Below, piece by piece: positions 19,901 to 28,706 of a DNA stretch of 64,000 bases. Numbering within the stretch: position 1 is the stretch's first letter; each line of letters starts with the position of its first letter. Source of the DNA: Candidatus Saccharibacteria bacterium UBA6175. Its GTDB lineage: Bacteria; Patescibacteriota; Saccharimonadia; Saccharimonadales; Saccharimonadaceae. The notes beneath the pieces were generated by a model. The model did not search any database. It had not been told where the DNA came from and saw only the letters and a list, made by a program, of their open reading frames with translations. A program made the translations under genes and the position numbers. Location of the stretch: assembly GCA_002422915.1 (NCBI GenBank), contig DITV01000004.1:104261-168260 (forward strand), given 5' to 3'.

Positions 19901-20369
19901 AACATCAGTTCCCGCGCCAGGCCCAGAAGTGATACGTATTGATCACTCAGCGGAAGCTGCGTCTGCTGAGCCAACAGTTGTATTCGAATATAGTGATGCG
20001 CCCACTGAGTCACCACTATCAACAGAGGGCATGGATCTGACTTCAGCTGGCGGGGCTAGCACGGTGAGTGTACCCGTTACGTCGCCACCAGCGTCAGCGC
20101 CAATACCAACTATTACTCCACCGCCAACTGCGACCAACTCTCGAAGAGCGTCGGCGCCACAACAAAGCACCACAACTCCTCAGGATACTTCTGTTGAAAA
20201 TGGTCTCTACCGTCTCAACTCGGTTGGCGCACCGATTCGCCCGTCGAACACGAGTGGGAACGATGGTGCGTTTATTAGCCTCGACGAAAAGCAGGCTATC
20301 GACGCAAATGCAGACTACATAATTCGTAATGCTCCAAAACCTCCGCAAGACGACGCAGAGAAGCAGTAG
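16905..20369 (+). CDS. VirB6/TrbL-like polytopic membrane protein with a large N-terminal exodomain and a long disordered C-terminal tail
   Basis: 1154 aa. Signal/TM at the N-terminus. At least 6 predicted TM helices between about aa 355 and 640. The C-terminal ~400 aa are rich in A/S/T/P/K. Confidence 0.6.
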   Translation: MFMLRGIKFRGLSVFSFRLSILAILAVSLLASMLLPAAAVTANINQATPEVEARSTSYYRSLSRCVSDHMYGDIQLTAADNGRALTKTWFDGRRDFGYVYPDGKMTCSNIATLALAYWGWGSKYDEFLEDIGYTYNPSSARWSGTANGAERLAAFESAVQRKFYGINFSGYPTQSGQAVYTMYLNAFNRACTAQSLGKISELTNSSYKTWIGQATEERGFAVGKDAAAIDAFSSFRSNSGAGIDVYFTKINVVEKNAEGKYASTPYGYAYVNLAASSNLWNDDGSTPSNGDVRVQGFHNNAVVRSCHEIQKIINDNSADFLRWAESKAPADYDIPALSLGEDTAETPGSSDGETSCAVGGIGWIVCPVINFMAGAGDAAFAVLSDNFLQTNTSIVESSEDNGAYIAWGIIRNVANVAFVLVFLIIIFSQLTGTGIANYGVKKMLPRLVVGAILVNLSFLASQIAVDLSNLAGYGIRDVFDGIAEQVNENFIKDDPIGSATGDSLLGVFGGILAAGTIAAAGYFLIVSGGSLLLAALLALIVTLLILILREVVIIIAIVIAPLAFVAWILPNTEGLFKKWVSIFTAMLILFPAIALIYGGATLASAILGRVSWEEGDLIGQIIAALVPALALFLAIPVVQGSLKAVPMLGKLASSATNAANKGVAKRARESYQGSIVGRGRAIRKQQRLVDQDRNFAKGLEGDGRMAKLRRAAAGGLSTLGITKSQKSQREAIGRAARGAAAKAQSEAVKQEMVELESKLGRNPETIRKHIADKHRDMSDTQMEAASDLMLAAGGVHEYRQTVSDPSIMSRHARSLVESGRRNEGEVRKKAVDVANWLGTGEAAMQTNGYSHTQAAPAKEGETPKSFISAAYGTAEAAKLITMDPGTAELAEEHISPEAAKMALRSESAIDIKDGTKKVLERRAALAGTPEEASSKDSEPETVIDLSASTGDSPSGPATAATPITSSSATSRRASSGGTVTPTTTPVTTVTTKASGGKRATSVPAPGPEVIRIDHSAEAASAEPTVVFEYSDAPTESPLSTEGMDLTSAGGASTVSVPVTSPPASAPIPTITPPPTATNSRRASAPQQSTTTPQDTSVENGLYRLNSVGAPIRPSNTSGNDGAFISLDEKQAIDANADYIIRNAPKPPQDDAEKQ

Positions 20370-20388
20370 CTGATATACTATAACCACT

Positions 20389-21279
20389 ATGGCAAATTAT
20401 AAAGTTCCACAGGATGTTGAGGCAGATGACAAGCTGATTGGGCCGTTTAGCTTTCGTCAGTTTATCTACCTGATTATTGTGGCGCTTGCCGGAGTAGCGG
20501 CATGGGGGTTAGCGCAGCTTTTCGTCGGGCTGGCGGTGATTCCTTTACCGATCATTTTATTCTTTGGTGCACTGGCGCTCCCGCTTCGCAAAGATCAGCC
20601 GATGGAAATTTACCTGGCGGCAATTATTTCATACTACCTCAAACCTCATCGCAGACTGTGGGACCCAGAGGGTATCGAGTCGTTCATTGAAATTACGGCA
20701 CCGAAGGTGCAAGAAGTACAGCGAAGTAAAAACATCTCTCAAGATGATGCCGAGCAACGCTTTAGTTACCTCGCTAACATTGTCGATAGCCAAGGCTGGG
20801 CGATTCGGGGCGTCAATGGGCCGGTCGTTGCAAATAGTGCCATGAATAGTGACGTGTTCCTTGAAGCACAGTCAGCCCAAGACGTTCTTGATACCAGCAA
20901 CTCTGTCGCCCAATCGTTCGATATGCTCATGAATGAGCGGACCGAACAACTCAAAGAAGAGGCAAGGGCGCGCATGTTTGCGACGCCAGCAGCTCCACCA
21001 ACACCAGACCCGGCGACCCCGGTGTATAACCCGTATCCAACCGACATTCATCAGACAGTTGTGCAGCCAATCGATGACCCAAGCCATATCTATACGCCAC
21101 CCGTCAGCCAATTACCGGTCGAACCGCCGACAACCACTAGCGATAACACACCCTCTGCTGATATAATGAACCTTGCAAATAACTCTGATATCTCGATTGA
21201 GACCATTGCTCACGAAGCGCACCGTCTTCAGGAAAAAGAAAACGCGGCGTCTGACGAAGTAGTCATCTCTCTCAGATAG
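20389..21279 (+). CDS. PrgI-family (VirB3-like) T4SS membrane protein
   Basis: N-terminus YKVPQDVEADDKLIGPFSFRQFIYLIIVALAGV followed by two TM helices, as in PrgI-family proteins. The tail is Pro-rich. Confidence 0.65.
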   Translation: MANYKVPQDVEADDKLIGPFSFRQFIYLIIVALAGVAAWGLAQLFVGLAVIPLPIILFFGALALPLRKDQPMEIYLAAIISYYLKPHRRLWDPEGIESFIEITAPKVQEVQRSKNISQDDAEQRFSYLANIVDSQGWAIRGVNGPVVANSAMNSDVFLEAQSAQDVLDTSNSVAQSFDMLMNERTEQLKEEARARMFATPAAPPTPDPATPVYNPYPTDIHQTVVQPIDDPSHIYTPPVSQLPVEPPTTTSDNTPSADIMNLANNSDISIETIAHEAHRLQEKENAASDEVVISLR

Positions 21280-21310
21280 TTAGTCTAAAGGGAGTGGGAC
21301 GACAGCTGGC

Positions 21311-22228
21311 ATGCCACCTAACAATCCGTTTTTAGGTCCACAGCCACCTCAGCAGGGGGCTCCTTTGGTGACGTCTTCAACACCTGCCTTTGGGGTGCCG
21401 CCAACTCCTGGTCCCCAAGTGGCAAATGCCACGCTTCCACCCCAGGGACCACCGATGCCTGCACAGCCAGCTGTCGCAGGGTCTCAGCAGCCCGCTGCTC
21501 GACCAACGCCTCGCAACCCGAACTCAACCCAAAACAGCCTCCAGCTCTCTGAGGTGAGGGATAACATGGTGATCATGCTCGACGGATCATTCCGAGCTGT
21601 GATCGCCTGTCAGTCGATTAACTTCGACTTGATGAGTGAGCGGGAGAAAGAGGGCGTAGAGTACAGTTACCAAAACTTCCTCAACTCGCTTAATTTTCCG
21701 ATTCAAATCTTAGTTCGCTCACAGCGTGTTGATATCGGCCCGTACATTGAAAAGTTGTTGGCGACGCGCCGTGCGCAGGACAACATGCTGCTCGGTGTAT
21801 TGATGGATGACTACATCAACTTCATCGATATTCTTTCACAGGAAGCAAACATTATGGAGAAAACATTCTATATTGTTATTCCGTACTTTCCGCTTGGTGA
21901 CGCACAGAACTTTATTGAGCAAGGGAAGGGCTTTTTTGGAAAGCTGTTCTCGAAACCAAAAAATACCATTACGCGAATCGATACTGCCGCATATCAAAAA
22001 GCTAAGGATGAAATTGGTAACCGTGTTGATGTTGTCCGTTCTGGACTTGCGCAGATTGGTGTACAAAGCGTGCAGCTCGAAACAAAATCGCTTGGTGAAC
22101 TATATTACAACTTCTACAACCCAGACACAGCCATGCGCCAACCGATTGGAAACTTTGAAAACGTCACTGGTATGTACATAAAGAAGGGTGCAGCTGCCGA
22201 TGCACCACAAGCCGGAGGAGCGCTCTAA
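21311..22228 (+). CDS. hypothetical T4SS-associated protein (Pro-rich N-terminus plus a VirB4-N-terminal-like domain)
   Basis: The segment VRDNMVIMLDGSFRAVIACQSINFDLMSEREKEGVEYSYQNFLNSLNFPIQILV resembles the N-domain of Gram-positive VirB4 homologs. Stop and start overlap (TAATG) with the VirB4 gene. Confidence 0.45.
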   Translation: MPPNNPFLGPQPPQQGAPLVTSSTPAFGVPPTPGPQVANATLPPQGPPMPAQPAVAGSQQPAARPTPRNPNSTQNSLQLSEVRDNMVIMLDGSFRAVIACQSINFDLMSEREKEGVEYSYQNFLNSLNFPIQILVRSQRVDIGPYIEKLLATRRAQDNMLLGVLMDDYINFIDILSQEANIMEKTFYIVIPYFPLGDAQNFIEQGKGFFGKLFSKPKNTITRIDTAAYQKAKDEIGNRVDVVRSGLAQIGVQSVQLETKSLGELYYNFYNPDTAMRQPIGNFENVTGMYIKKGAAADAPQAGGAL

Positions 22229-24081
22229 TGGCCAAGAAGCCACAATCTGCCGTTGATGTCGCCGCCGAACAGCGCGCGCGCGAGCAGGCCGAGGTAGAGC
22301 AAGCGTTCCTGAAGGGCGTGTCAACGCTTCGTGATCTGATCGCCCCAAGTAGTCTTGAAATACACTCATCGTACTTCCGCCTGGGAACAAAGTATGGCCG
22401 AACGCTCTACGTGTACGGCTATCCTCGTGTGATTTACACCGGCTGGTTAAGCAGTCTGGTAAATATCGACGAAGTGCTCGATGTCAGTATGTATGTGTAT
22501 CCAGTCGATACCCAGGTAGTCCTTAATAATCTGCGTAAGAAAGTAACTCAGCTCGAAGCCAGCGCTTCGATCAATAACGAGCGCGGCAAGACCCGTGACC
22601 CTGCACTTGAAGCAGCGGTGAACGATGCTGAAGAGCTGCGTGACCAGCTGCAGCTTGGGGCTGAGCGCTTCTTCCGTTTTGGTTTATATGTGACACTTTA
22701 CGCCGACAGCTTAGATGAACTTAATTTCGTCCAGAACAAAGTTGAGACAATGTTCGGCCAGCAGTTAATCTTTAGCAAGGTTGCTTCGTCGCAACAAGAA
22801 CAGGGGTTAAATAGTACCCTGCCACAGATGTCTGACCAACTGCAGATTCGTCGCAACATGAACACTGGTGCAATTAGCACCAGCTTCCCATTCACCAGCG
22901 CCGACCTGACCGATAACACCGGAATCTTGTATGGCATCAATATGCATAACAATGGGCTTGTTATTTTCGACCGGTTCAAACTCGAGAACGCCAATATGGT
23001 CGTCTTTGCGAAGTCTGGTGCCGGTAAGTCGTTTACCGTTAAGCTCGAAGCACTGCGCAGTATGATGCTCGGCAGTGAAATTATTATTATCGACCCAGAA
23101 AACGAATACCAAAAGCTCGCCGACGCAGTAGGGGGGAGCTACATTCGCCTGAGTCTTAACTCGAGCACGCGTATCAACCCATTTGATTTGCCTCGCGTCA
23201 TCGATAGTGATGAAGCTGATGATGCGCTCCGTGCAAACCTCGTCACCCTGCACGGCCTGTTTCGTCTGATGCTGGGCGGCACGCAAATGGGCGCAAATGG
23301 TGCACCAGTTGGGGCGCTTAACCCTGTTGAAGAAGCCGATCTCGACCAAGCCCTCATTGACACCTACGCTCGCGTTGGGATTACCAGTGACCCCCTCACG
23401 CACAACTCACCACCACCAACCATTTCTGACCTGTACGACACACTGCTCCACATGGGCGGCACCGGGCCGCAGCTGGCGCAGCGACTGCGCAAATACACGA
23501 CCGGAACATTCGCCGGCATCTTCAGCCAGCAATCGAACATCGACATCAACAACCCGATGGTTGTGTTCAACATCCGTGATCTTGAAGACGAGCTTCGTCC
23601 GGTCGCGATGTACATTGTACTCAGCCACATTTGGAACATCACACGTACCGTCCAAAAGAAGCGCATGCTTATCGTTGACGAAGCCTGGCAGCTCATGAAA
23701 TACGACGACTCGGCCAACTTCCTATTTAGCCTTGCTAAGCGAGCCCGTAAATATTTCCTTGGTCTCACCACCATCACCCAAGACGTTGAAGACTTCATGG
23801 GCAGCAAAATGGGCCGCGCAATTGTCGCCAACAGCTCGATGCAGCTTCTTTTAAAGCAATCGTCGAGTGCTGTTGATGTGCTTTCAGATGTGTTTAAACT
23901 GACCGAAGAAGAAAAAAAGCGCCTGGCAAACTTCCCAATTGGGCAAGGGTTGTTCTTCGCTGGCCAAAGCCACGTTCATATTCAAATTCAAGCCAGCCCC
24001 ACCGAACAACAGTTGATCACCACTAACCCTCAGGTGGTACAAGAACCACCAGCACAAGCCCCACAAACACCTCCGCTGTAA
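22228..24081 (+). CDS. virB4: VirB4-family T4SS ATPase
   Basis: 617 aa. Walker A FAKSGAGKSF and Walker B RMLIVDEAWQL. N-domain YGRTLYVYGYPRVIYTGWL. Confidence 0.85.
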   Translation: MAKKPQSAVDVAAEQRAREQAEVEQAFLKGVSTLRDLIAPSSLEIHSSYFRLGTKYGRTLYVYGYPRVIYTGWLSSLVNIDEVLDVSMYVYPVDTQVVLNNLRKKVTQLEASASINNERGKTRDPALEAAVNDAEELRDQLQLGAERFFRFGLYVTLYADSLDELNFVQNKVETMFGQQLIFSKVASSQQEQGLNSTLPQMSDQLQIRRNMNTGAISTSFPFTSADLTDNTGILYGINMHNNGLVIFDRFKLENANMVVFAKSGAGKSFTVKLEALRSMMLGSEIIIIDPENEYQKLADAVGGSYIRLSLNSSTRINPFDLPRVIDSDEADDALRANLVTLHGLFRLMLGGTQMGANGAPVGALNPVEEADLDQALIDTYARVGITSDPLTHNSPPPTISDLYDTLLHMGGTGPQLAQRLRKYTTGTFAGIFSQQSNIDINNPMVVFNIRDLEDELRPVAMYIVLSHIWNITRTVQKKRMLIVDEAWQLMKYDDSANFLFSLAKRARKYFLGLTTITQDVEDFMGSKMGRAIVANSSMQLLLKQSSSAVDVLSDVFKLTEEEKKRLANFPIGQGLFFAGQSHVHIQIQASPTEQQLITTNPQVVQEPPAQAPQTPPL

Positions 24082-24100
24082 GGTATAATGGAACTTAGAT

Positions 24101-27019
24101 ATGGCTATTCCAACTTCTACATTGCCGCGGCCTGACGAAGACCAGGACGAAAAGTTTAATCCTGGCGGAGCAGGCAGTGAGCTTTATAAGGAAGAGGTGA
24201 AGCCTCAGCTGACACCTGGTGAATTAGCCGCACAAGATCAGCTCGATGCTGCCGAGCGCGATGGCGGGGGTGTTGGTGCTCTCGGTGGTGGACTGTATGA
24301 GCGATCGCCTGGCGGTAAGAAGAGCCCCGGTAAGGTGACGGGGCGTTTACGAAAATCGTCACCAATCATTGCACTGACAACCCTTATCTTTGGTGCTGGC
24401 CTTGGCTTTTCAGCCTTCTTTTCACCAAGCCTTCTTCTGATTCACATGAAGGAGATTATGGTTGATAAGTTCAACCTGAGTACCACAAGCGCCGAGGCGC
24501 GAACCACTCGCGTTATTAACGCTCAAATCGATGAAGCAACAACCGGATATTGTGGGCGCACCGTAACACTGCGTTGCAAATTCTCAACCATGTCAAAGGT
24601 GCAAGTACAAAACTTTGCCGACGCGGGCATTGGGGTGAACCCTGCACAGCCGAACCAAGCGTTCGAGCGAACGAAGCCAACGAGCTATACGTTTAAGGGC
24701 CAGGTCATTACCCCCAGCCAGTTTGCGATCCTGGCACGAGAAGACCCTGAATTCAGAACCGCTCTTCGACAAGCCTATAACCCAAAGTTCGCCGGCTTCT
24801 GGGGAAAAGCTTGGGCGCGCACCGCGGCCCACTTTGGTTTTAGTAAGGCAAAGGTGGATGTGTCTGGTGAAGATAGGGCAGAGCGTTTTAGGAAGTTACA
24901 ATCAATCGCCCAGATAGGTGATCTAGAGTCAAGTGTTCCCAAGACTCCCGATGACTACAAAAATGCCGACTGTGACGATACCTGTGCACAACAAAAAGCA
25001 AGCGATGCAAACAGGGTGCTTGTTGAGGTTGGCGATCAGACTACGAATGACAACCCTGGAAGAAAGCTGAGCGGTGCACTTGCGGGCGCAACCGGGGAAG
25101 GTTTAACAAACACCGTAAAAGCGACTGGCGTGCTCGATACCTATTGTGGTGCGTACGCAACTATCCGAGCAATCGGCTATGCTGGCAAGACAATTCGGGC
25201 TGTTCAGTTAGCGCGGTATGCAATGGCGTTTTATAACGTCACCGACGAGCTCGTTGCGACGGGCAACGTTGAGCCAGAAACTATGGCATTTATGGCTGGA
25301 ATCCTGACTGAGATTACCTACGATGTTGGAAGTACAACTCGACAAATTATCAGTGGATCGGCGACAGACTCACTTGGGTTTAAGTATGCTCAGTTTGGCG
25401 ACGTAACTGCATCAAACAGAAGTATGAATATCGCCTCTCGTTTTATTGCTGGTGGTGGTTTTGCTGGTGATTTAATTCGTATTTCAGAAACTGTTGCAAA
25501 TGGGTTTCCTGGGGGCAGAGAAAAAGCCGCAGAAACTTGCGGATTCTTAGCAAACCCATTCGTACAGGCTGGCTCAGTAGTAGCTGGATTGGCGCTTCTG
25601 GCCGTTCCTGGAGTGAACGTTGCAAAGGTTGCTATTCAGGGCGGGGTGAGTGTGACAGCGAGTATCGGCCTTGCCGTACTGCCGTATCTCCTCGCTGACA
25701 TTGTTGCCGGGACAGTTACTGAAGGTATTGTTGGTGAAGAAGCGGGTAACGCCATTGCGTCCGGAACTGAAGCATCGCTCGCCGACAAGCTAGCTGGCTT
25801 TAGTGGTAACGCTCTTATGTCAAACGAAGACGCTTTGGCGTATCTTTCTGAACACAACAACACAATTGCTCGTTACGCAGAGGATGAGCGCCGTGCACGA
25901 AGCCCGCTCGACCCAACCAGCCGCCATACCTTTGTTGGTAGTATATTCTCATCGATGATGCCGAGTATTTCATCTGCCAACAGTCCGTCTGGCTTACTTG
26001 GGTCATTCGGATCATTACTTTCAACGTCGGTGAATTCAGTCATTCCAAAAACCAAGGCACAAACCGCAGCTCAAAACGAAGCGACGCTTAAGGCCTGCCA
26101 AGACGAAGAAAGTAAAGAAGCGGGATACGCAACGGGGCTCTTCTGTAATCCACTTCGCGGTATTCCAAAACAATATCTCGACAAAAGTCCGATTACTGTT
26201 ATTAACGAATTAATCCGTGATGGATATATGACTGGCGATGAGCTGCCGACTCAGCGGTATACCGACTTTGTGCGTGACTGTATCGAAAACCCTAACCCAC
26301 CAGGATATCTTGAAGATGCCGAAACAGATTGGTTTAGTGCTGCGGCTGCGCGAGCGTGTATCATCACAGCATCAACAGCTAATATCTTTCTCTCGTACAC
26401 CGATTCGCTGATTGCCGACGGTCTCGCGGGCGAAGACATTGCAAGGGCTACTAACAGCTCGTCAAGCAAACAAGAGTTAGCGAAGAAGATTATTGCTAAG
26501 AATAAAGTGACCTATGCACTCAACCCAGTACCAACCCTTGAACAAATCGCCGATGGTTCTGTTGATGTCGACTCGCTAAGGTGTGGGGTGAACATTAATA
26601 TCCTGCGTGCTATAGATGCGATTACCGACGTACACGCTATTCGTATTACCAGCCTCAATCGACTCTGTAGTGATAGTGTGATCGATGGCAACACAACCAG
26701 TCGCCACTATGCGGGAAATGGGAGCGCGCTTGATATTGACCAAATTGATGGGCGGGTTATTAACGGTCGTAATAATGGATCGGTGAGTGTTATTCAAATT
26801 ATTACGCCGATCTTAATCGAAGCAGCGCAGGCTGCCGGTGCTCGGTCAAAGATAGGTCAGTCGCAATGCTCGGGTGAAACACCACCACCGGCAGCTCCTG
26901 AAATTATCTATTTTGAAGATTACTGTCACCACTTACACTTTGATTTGCCGGCGTCGTCCGACCCCGACCTTCAGTATCTTGAGGGTGGCCAGCCTATCGG
27001 TGGGAGGTTGGCGGTATGA
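24101..27019 (+). CDS. large membrane-anchored T4SS-locus protein with a putative C-terminal LAS/M15-like zinc peptidase domain
   Basis: 972 aa with a single TM (IIALTTLIFGAGLGFSAFF). The C-terminus has SRHYAGNGSALDID and YCHHLHFDL, resembling the H..G.A.D plus H.H metal ligands of M15/LAS peptidases. Confidence 0.45.
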   Translation: MAIPTSTLPRPDEDQDEKFNPGGAGSELYKEEVKPQLTPGELAAQDQLDAAERDGGGVGALGGGLYERSPGGKKSPGKVTGRLRKSSPIIALTTLIFGAGLGFSAFFSPSLLLIHMKEIMVDKFNLSTTSAEARTTRVINAQIDEATTGYCGRTVTLRCKFSTMSKVQVQNFADAGIGVNPAQPNQAFERTKPTSYTFKGQVITPSQFAILAREDPEFRTALRQAYNPKFAGFWGKAWARTAAHFGFSKAKVDVSGEDRAERFRKLQSIAQIGDLESSVPKTPDDYKNADCDDTCAQQKASDANRVLVEVGDQTTNDNPGRKLSGALAGATGEGLTNTVKATGVLDTYCGAYATIRAIGYAGKTIRAVQLARYAMAFYNVTDELVATGNVEPETMAFMAGILTEITYDVGSTTRQIISGSATDSLGFKYAQFGDVTASNRSMNIASRFIAGGGFAGDLIRISETVANGFPGGREKAAETCGFLANPFVQAGSVVAGLALLAVPGVNVAKVAIQGGVSVTASIGLAVLPYLLADIVAGTVTEGIVGEEAGNAIASGTEASLADKLAGFSGNALMSNEDALAYLSEHNNTIARYAEDERRARSPLDPTSRHTFVGSIFSSMMPSISSANSPSGLLGSFGSLLSTSVNSVIPKTKAQTAAQNEATLKACQDEESKEAGYATGLFCNPLRGIPKQYLDKSPITVINELIRDGYMTGDELPTQRYTDFVRDCIENPNPPGYLEDAETDWFSAAAARACIITASTANIFLSYTDSLIADGLAGEDIARATNSSSSKQELAKKIIAKNKVTYALNPVPTLEQIADGSVDVDSLRCGVNINILRAIDAITDVHAIRITSLNRLCSDSVIDGNTTSRHYAGNGSALDIDQIDGRVINGRNNGSVSVIQIITPILIEAAQAAGARSKIGQSQCSGETPPPAAPEIIYFEDYCHHLHFDLPASSDPDLQYLEGGQPIGGRLAV

Positions 27020-28176
27020 TAAAGCGTTTTGTACTGTTCGTTCTTGCGTTTGTTATTGCGCTAAGTGGTGTGCCGGTATCTCAAGTAACCGCGCAGTCGT
27101 TTGATCGTAAATTCTATTCAAGCAATAATGTGCTCTTTTTCAACCCCGATGAACAACCGTGTAGTACTTCTGCCGATGCTGCACAAAGTGGCGATGCTAC
27201 CGCGACAGCATACAGTTTTTTAAAGGAGAAAGGTTTTGATGATCGCGAAGCTTCAGCGATTATAGGAAATTTAAAGCAAGAATCACAGCTGAATCCAAAA
27301 GCCCTCAATGAATCAAGTGGGGCTTATGGAATTGCGCAGTGGCTGGGCGCGCGTAAAGAACGCCTGCTTGAAAATGCATTCTATTCGGGTGATTCGGTCG
27401 ATGATGTGAAAGCCGAGCTGGGCGTACAGCTCGACTACCTCTGGGCCGAACTACAGGGGAGCGAGCGTGCGTCTTATAATGCTCTTAAAAGTGCCGAAAC
27501 AACAGATGTTGGCCGTCTCGCGATCATCTTTGGTGAAGCATTTGAACGGTATGGGGAAGGTGAGGAGGGAAAGCGCGCCGAGTTTTCAGAGAATGTATTC
27601 TTGCAATACGGTAGTGCAACTGGCCTCGCAGCCGACTGTCGATCAGTAGGAGCGGGCAACTTCGTCTACTACTCACAAAAAGACCCTCTCTGGGGCGACA
27701 TCGGGTATGGCACTATTGGTCCGATTAAATACGTTGGATGTGGCCCAAGCTCTCTTGCTATGATTGTCGCCACGTTTGCCAACAAAACGGTCACACCGCC
27801 AATCATGGCAAAGCTTGGCGCTGATAATGGCTCTGCGATTCCAGGAGTTGGTACTGCTCACTTCCCATTACTCGAAGCAATGAAGAGTACGTATGGCCTT
27901 GAGTATGTGAACTTAACTGGACAACCGTTCGATGAAGCTATTCGTGCCATTGAGCGTGGTTCGCTTGTGTATATGGGCGGCCAGGGCCCTGCGCCATTCA
28001 CTGCTGGTGGGCACGTAGTCGTGATGCGCGGTATTACCGCAGACGGGCAGATTGTCATCGGCGACCCGTATCGCGGTTCGTCTGACGTCTATTCTGTTGA
28101 GACCATTAAGACGTACCGAGGAAGCACGTTCGAAGTTAAACCTAAATCTGCGTCAACGACAACAACCCCACTTTAA
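27016..28176 (+). CDS. bifunctional cell-wall hydrolase (phage-tail-lysozyme-like N-domain plus papain-like C39/CHAP-type C-domain); VirB1/PrgK analog
   Basis: Signal peptide. GNLKQESQLNP...GAYGIAQW motif. C-domain YYSQKDPLWGD...GCGPSSLAMIV...GGHVVVMRG. Confidence 0.7.
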   Translation: MIKRFVLFVLAFVIALSGVPVSQVTAQSFDRKFYSSNNVLFFNPDEQPCSTSADAAQSGDATATAYSFLKEKGFDDREASAIIGNLKQESQLNPKALNESSGAYGIAQWLGARKERLLENAFYSGDSVDDVKAELGVQLDYLWAELQGSERASYNALKSAETTDVGRLAIIFGEAFERYGEGEEGKRAEFSENVFLQYGSATGLAADCRSVGAGNFVYYSQKDPLWGDIGYGTIGPIKYVGCGPSSLAMIVATFANKTVTPPIMAKLGADNGSAIPGVGTAHFPLLEAMKSTYGLEYVNLTGQPFDEAIRAIERGSLVYMGGQGPAPFTAGGHVVVMRGITADGQIVIGDPYRGSSDVYSVETIKTYRGSTFEVKPKSASTTTTPL

Positions 28177-28184
28177 GGAGCATC

Positions 28185-28706
28185 ATGGATACACGTAGAA
28201 AACTTATTCTCATTATCGTCGGCGGAACCGTCGCTATTGGTATCATTATTTCAATTATTGCCCTTGTCTCTCAGCCACGCTCAAACAATGCTTATCTCGA
28301 GACTGCTGTTCCGCTTGTCAGAGATCAAGATACTGGGGAGGTGCTTGTAAACGACCCAAACACCGTCGAACCAGGCGAAACACGTGAGGTGATTGTGCTC
28401 GGCCTGGAAACTCTTTACGACTTTGGTCTTATTGAATCTCAGGTGGTCACTATTCGAGACAGAATCATTCGTTTCGCTGAAGAGCGACTTGAAGGTAAGT
28501 ATCAGACCATTACTATTCGCCCTCAGGATATTCAGTCTGATAACGGAACGATACGCACGACAATTCGTCTTGGAGATTCAAACACTGTCTTGCCAATCAC
28601 TATCAATACGGTTGATATTGGGTTACTACGAGTGATTATTGAAGATCCAACAAATGCAGCGGGTGGAACATTCGATACCGGTGAAACTCGTCAGTTCGCC
28701 GACTAG
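28185..28706 (+). CDS. hypothetical membrane-anchored protein, last gene of the T4SS-like operon
   Basis: 173 aa with an N-terminal TM (LILIIVGGTVAIGIIISIIALV). No family recognised. Confidence 0.45.
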   Translation: MDTRRKLILIIVGGTVAIGIIISIIALVSQPRSNNAYLETAVPLVRDQDTGEVLVNDPNTVEPGETREVIVLGLETLYDFGLIESQVVTIRDRIIRFAEERLEGKYQTITIRPQDIQSDNGTIRTTIRLGDSNTVLPITINTVDIGLLRVIIEDPTNAAGGTFDTGETRQFAD

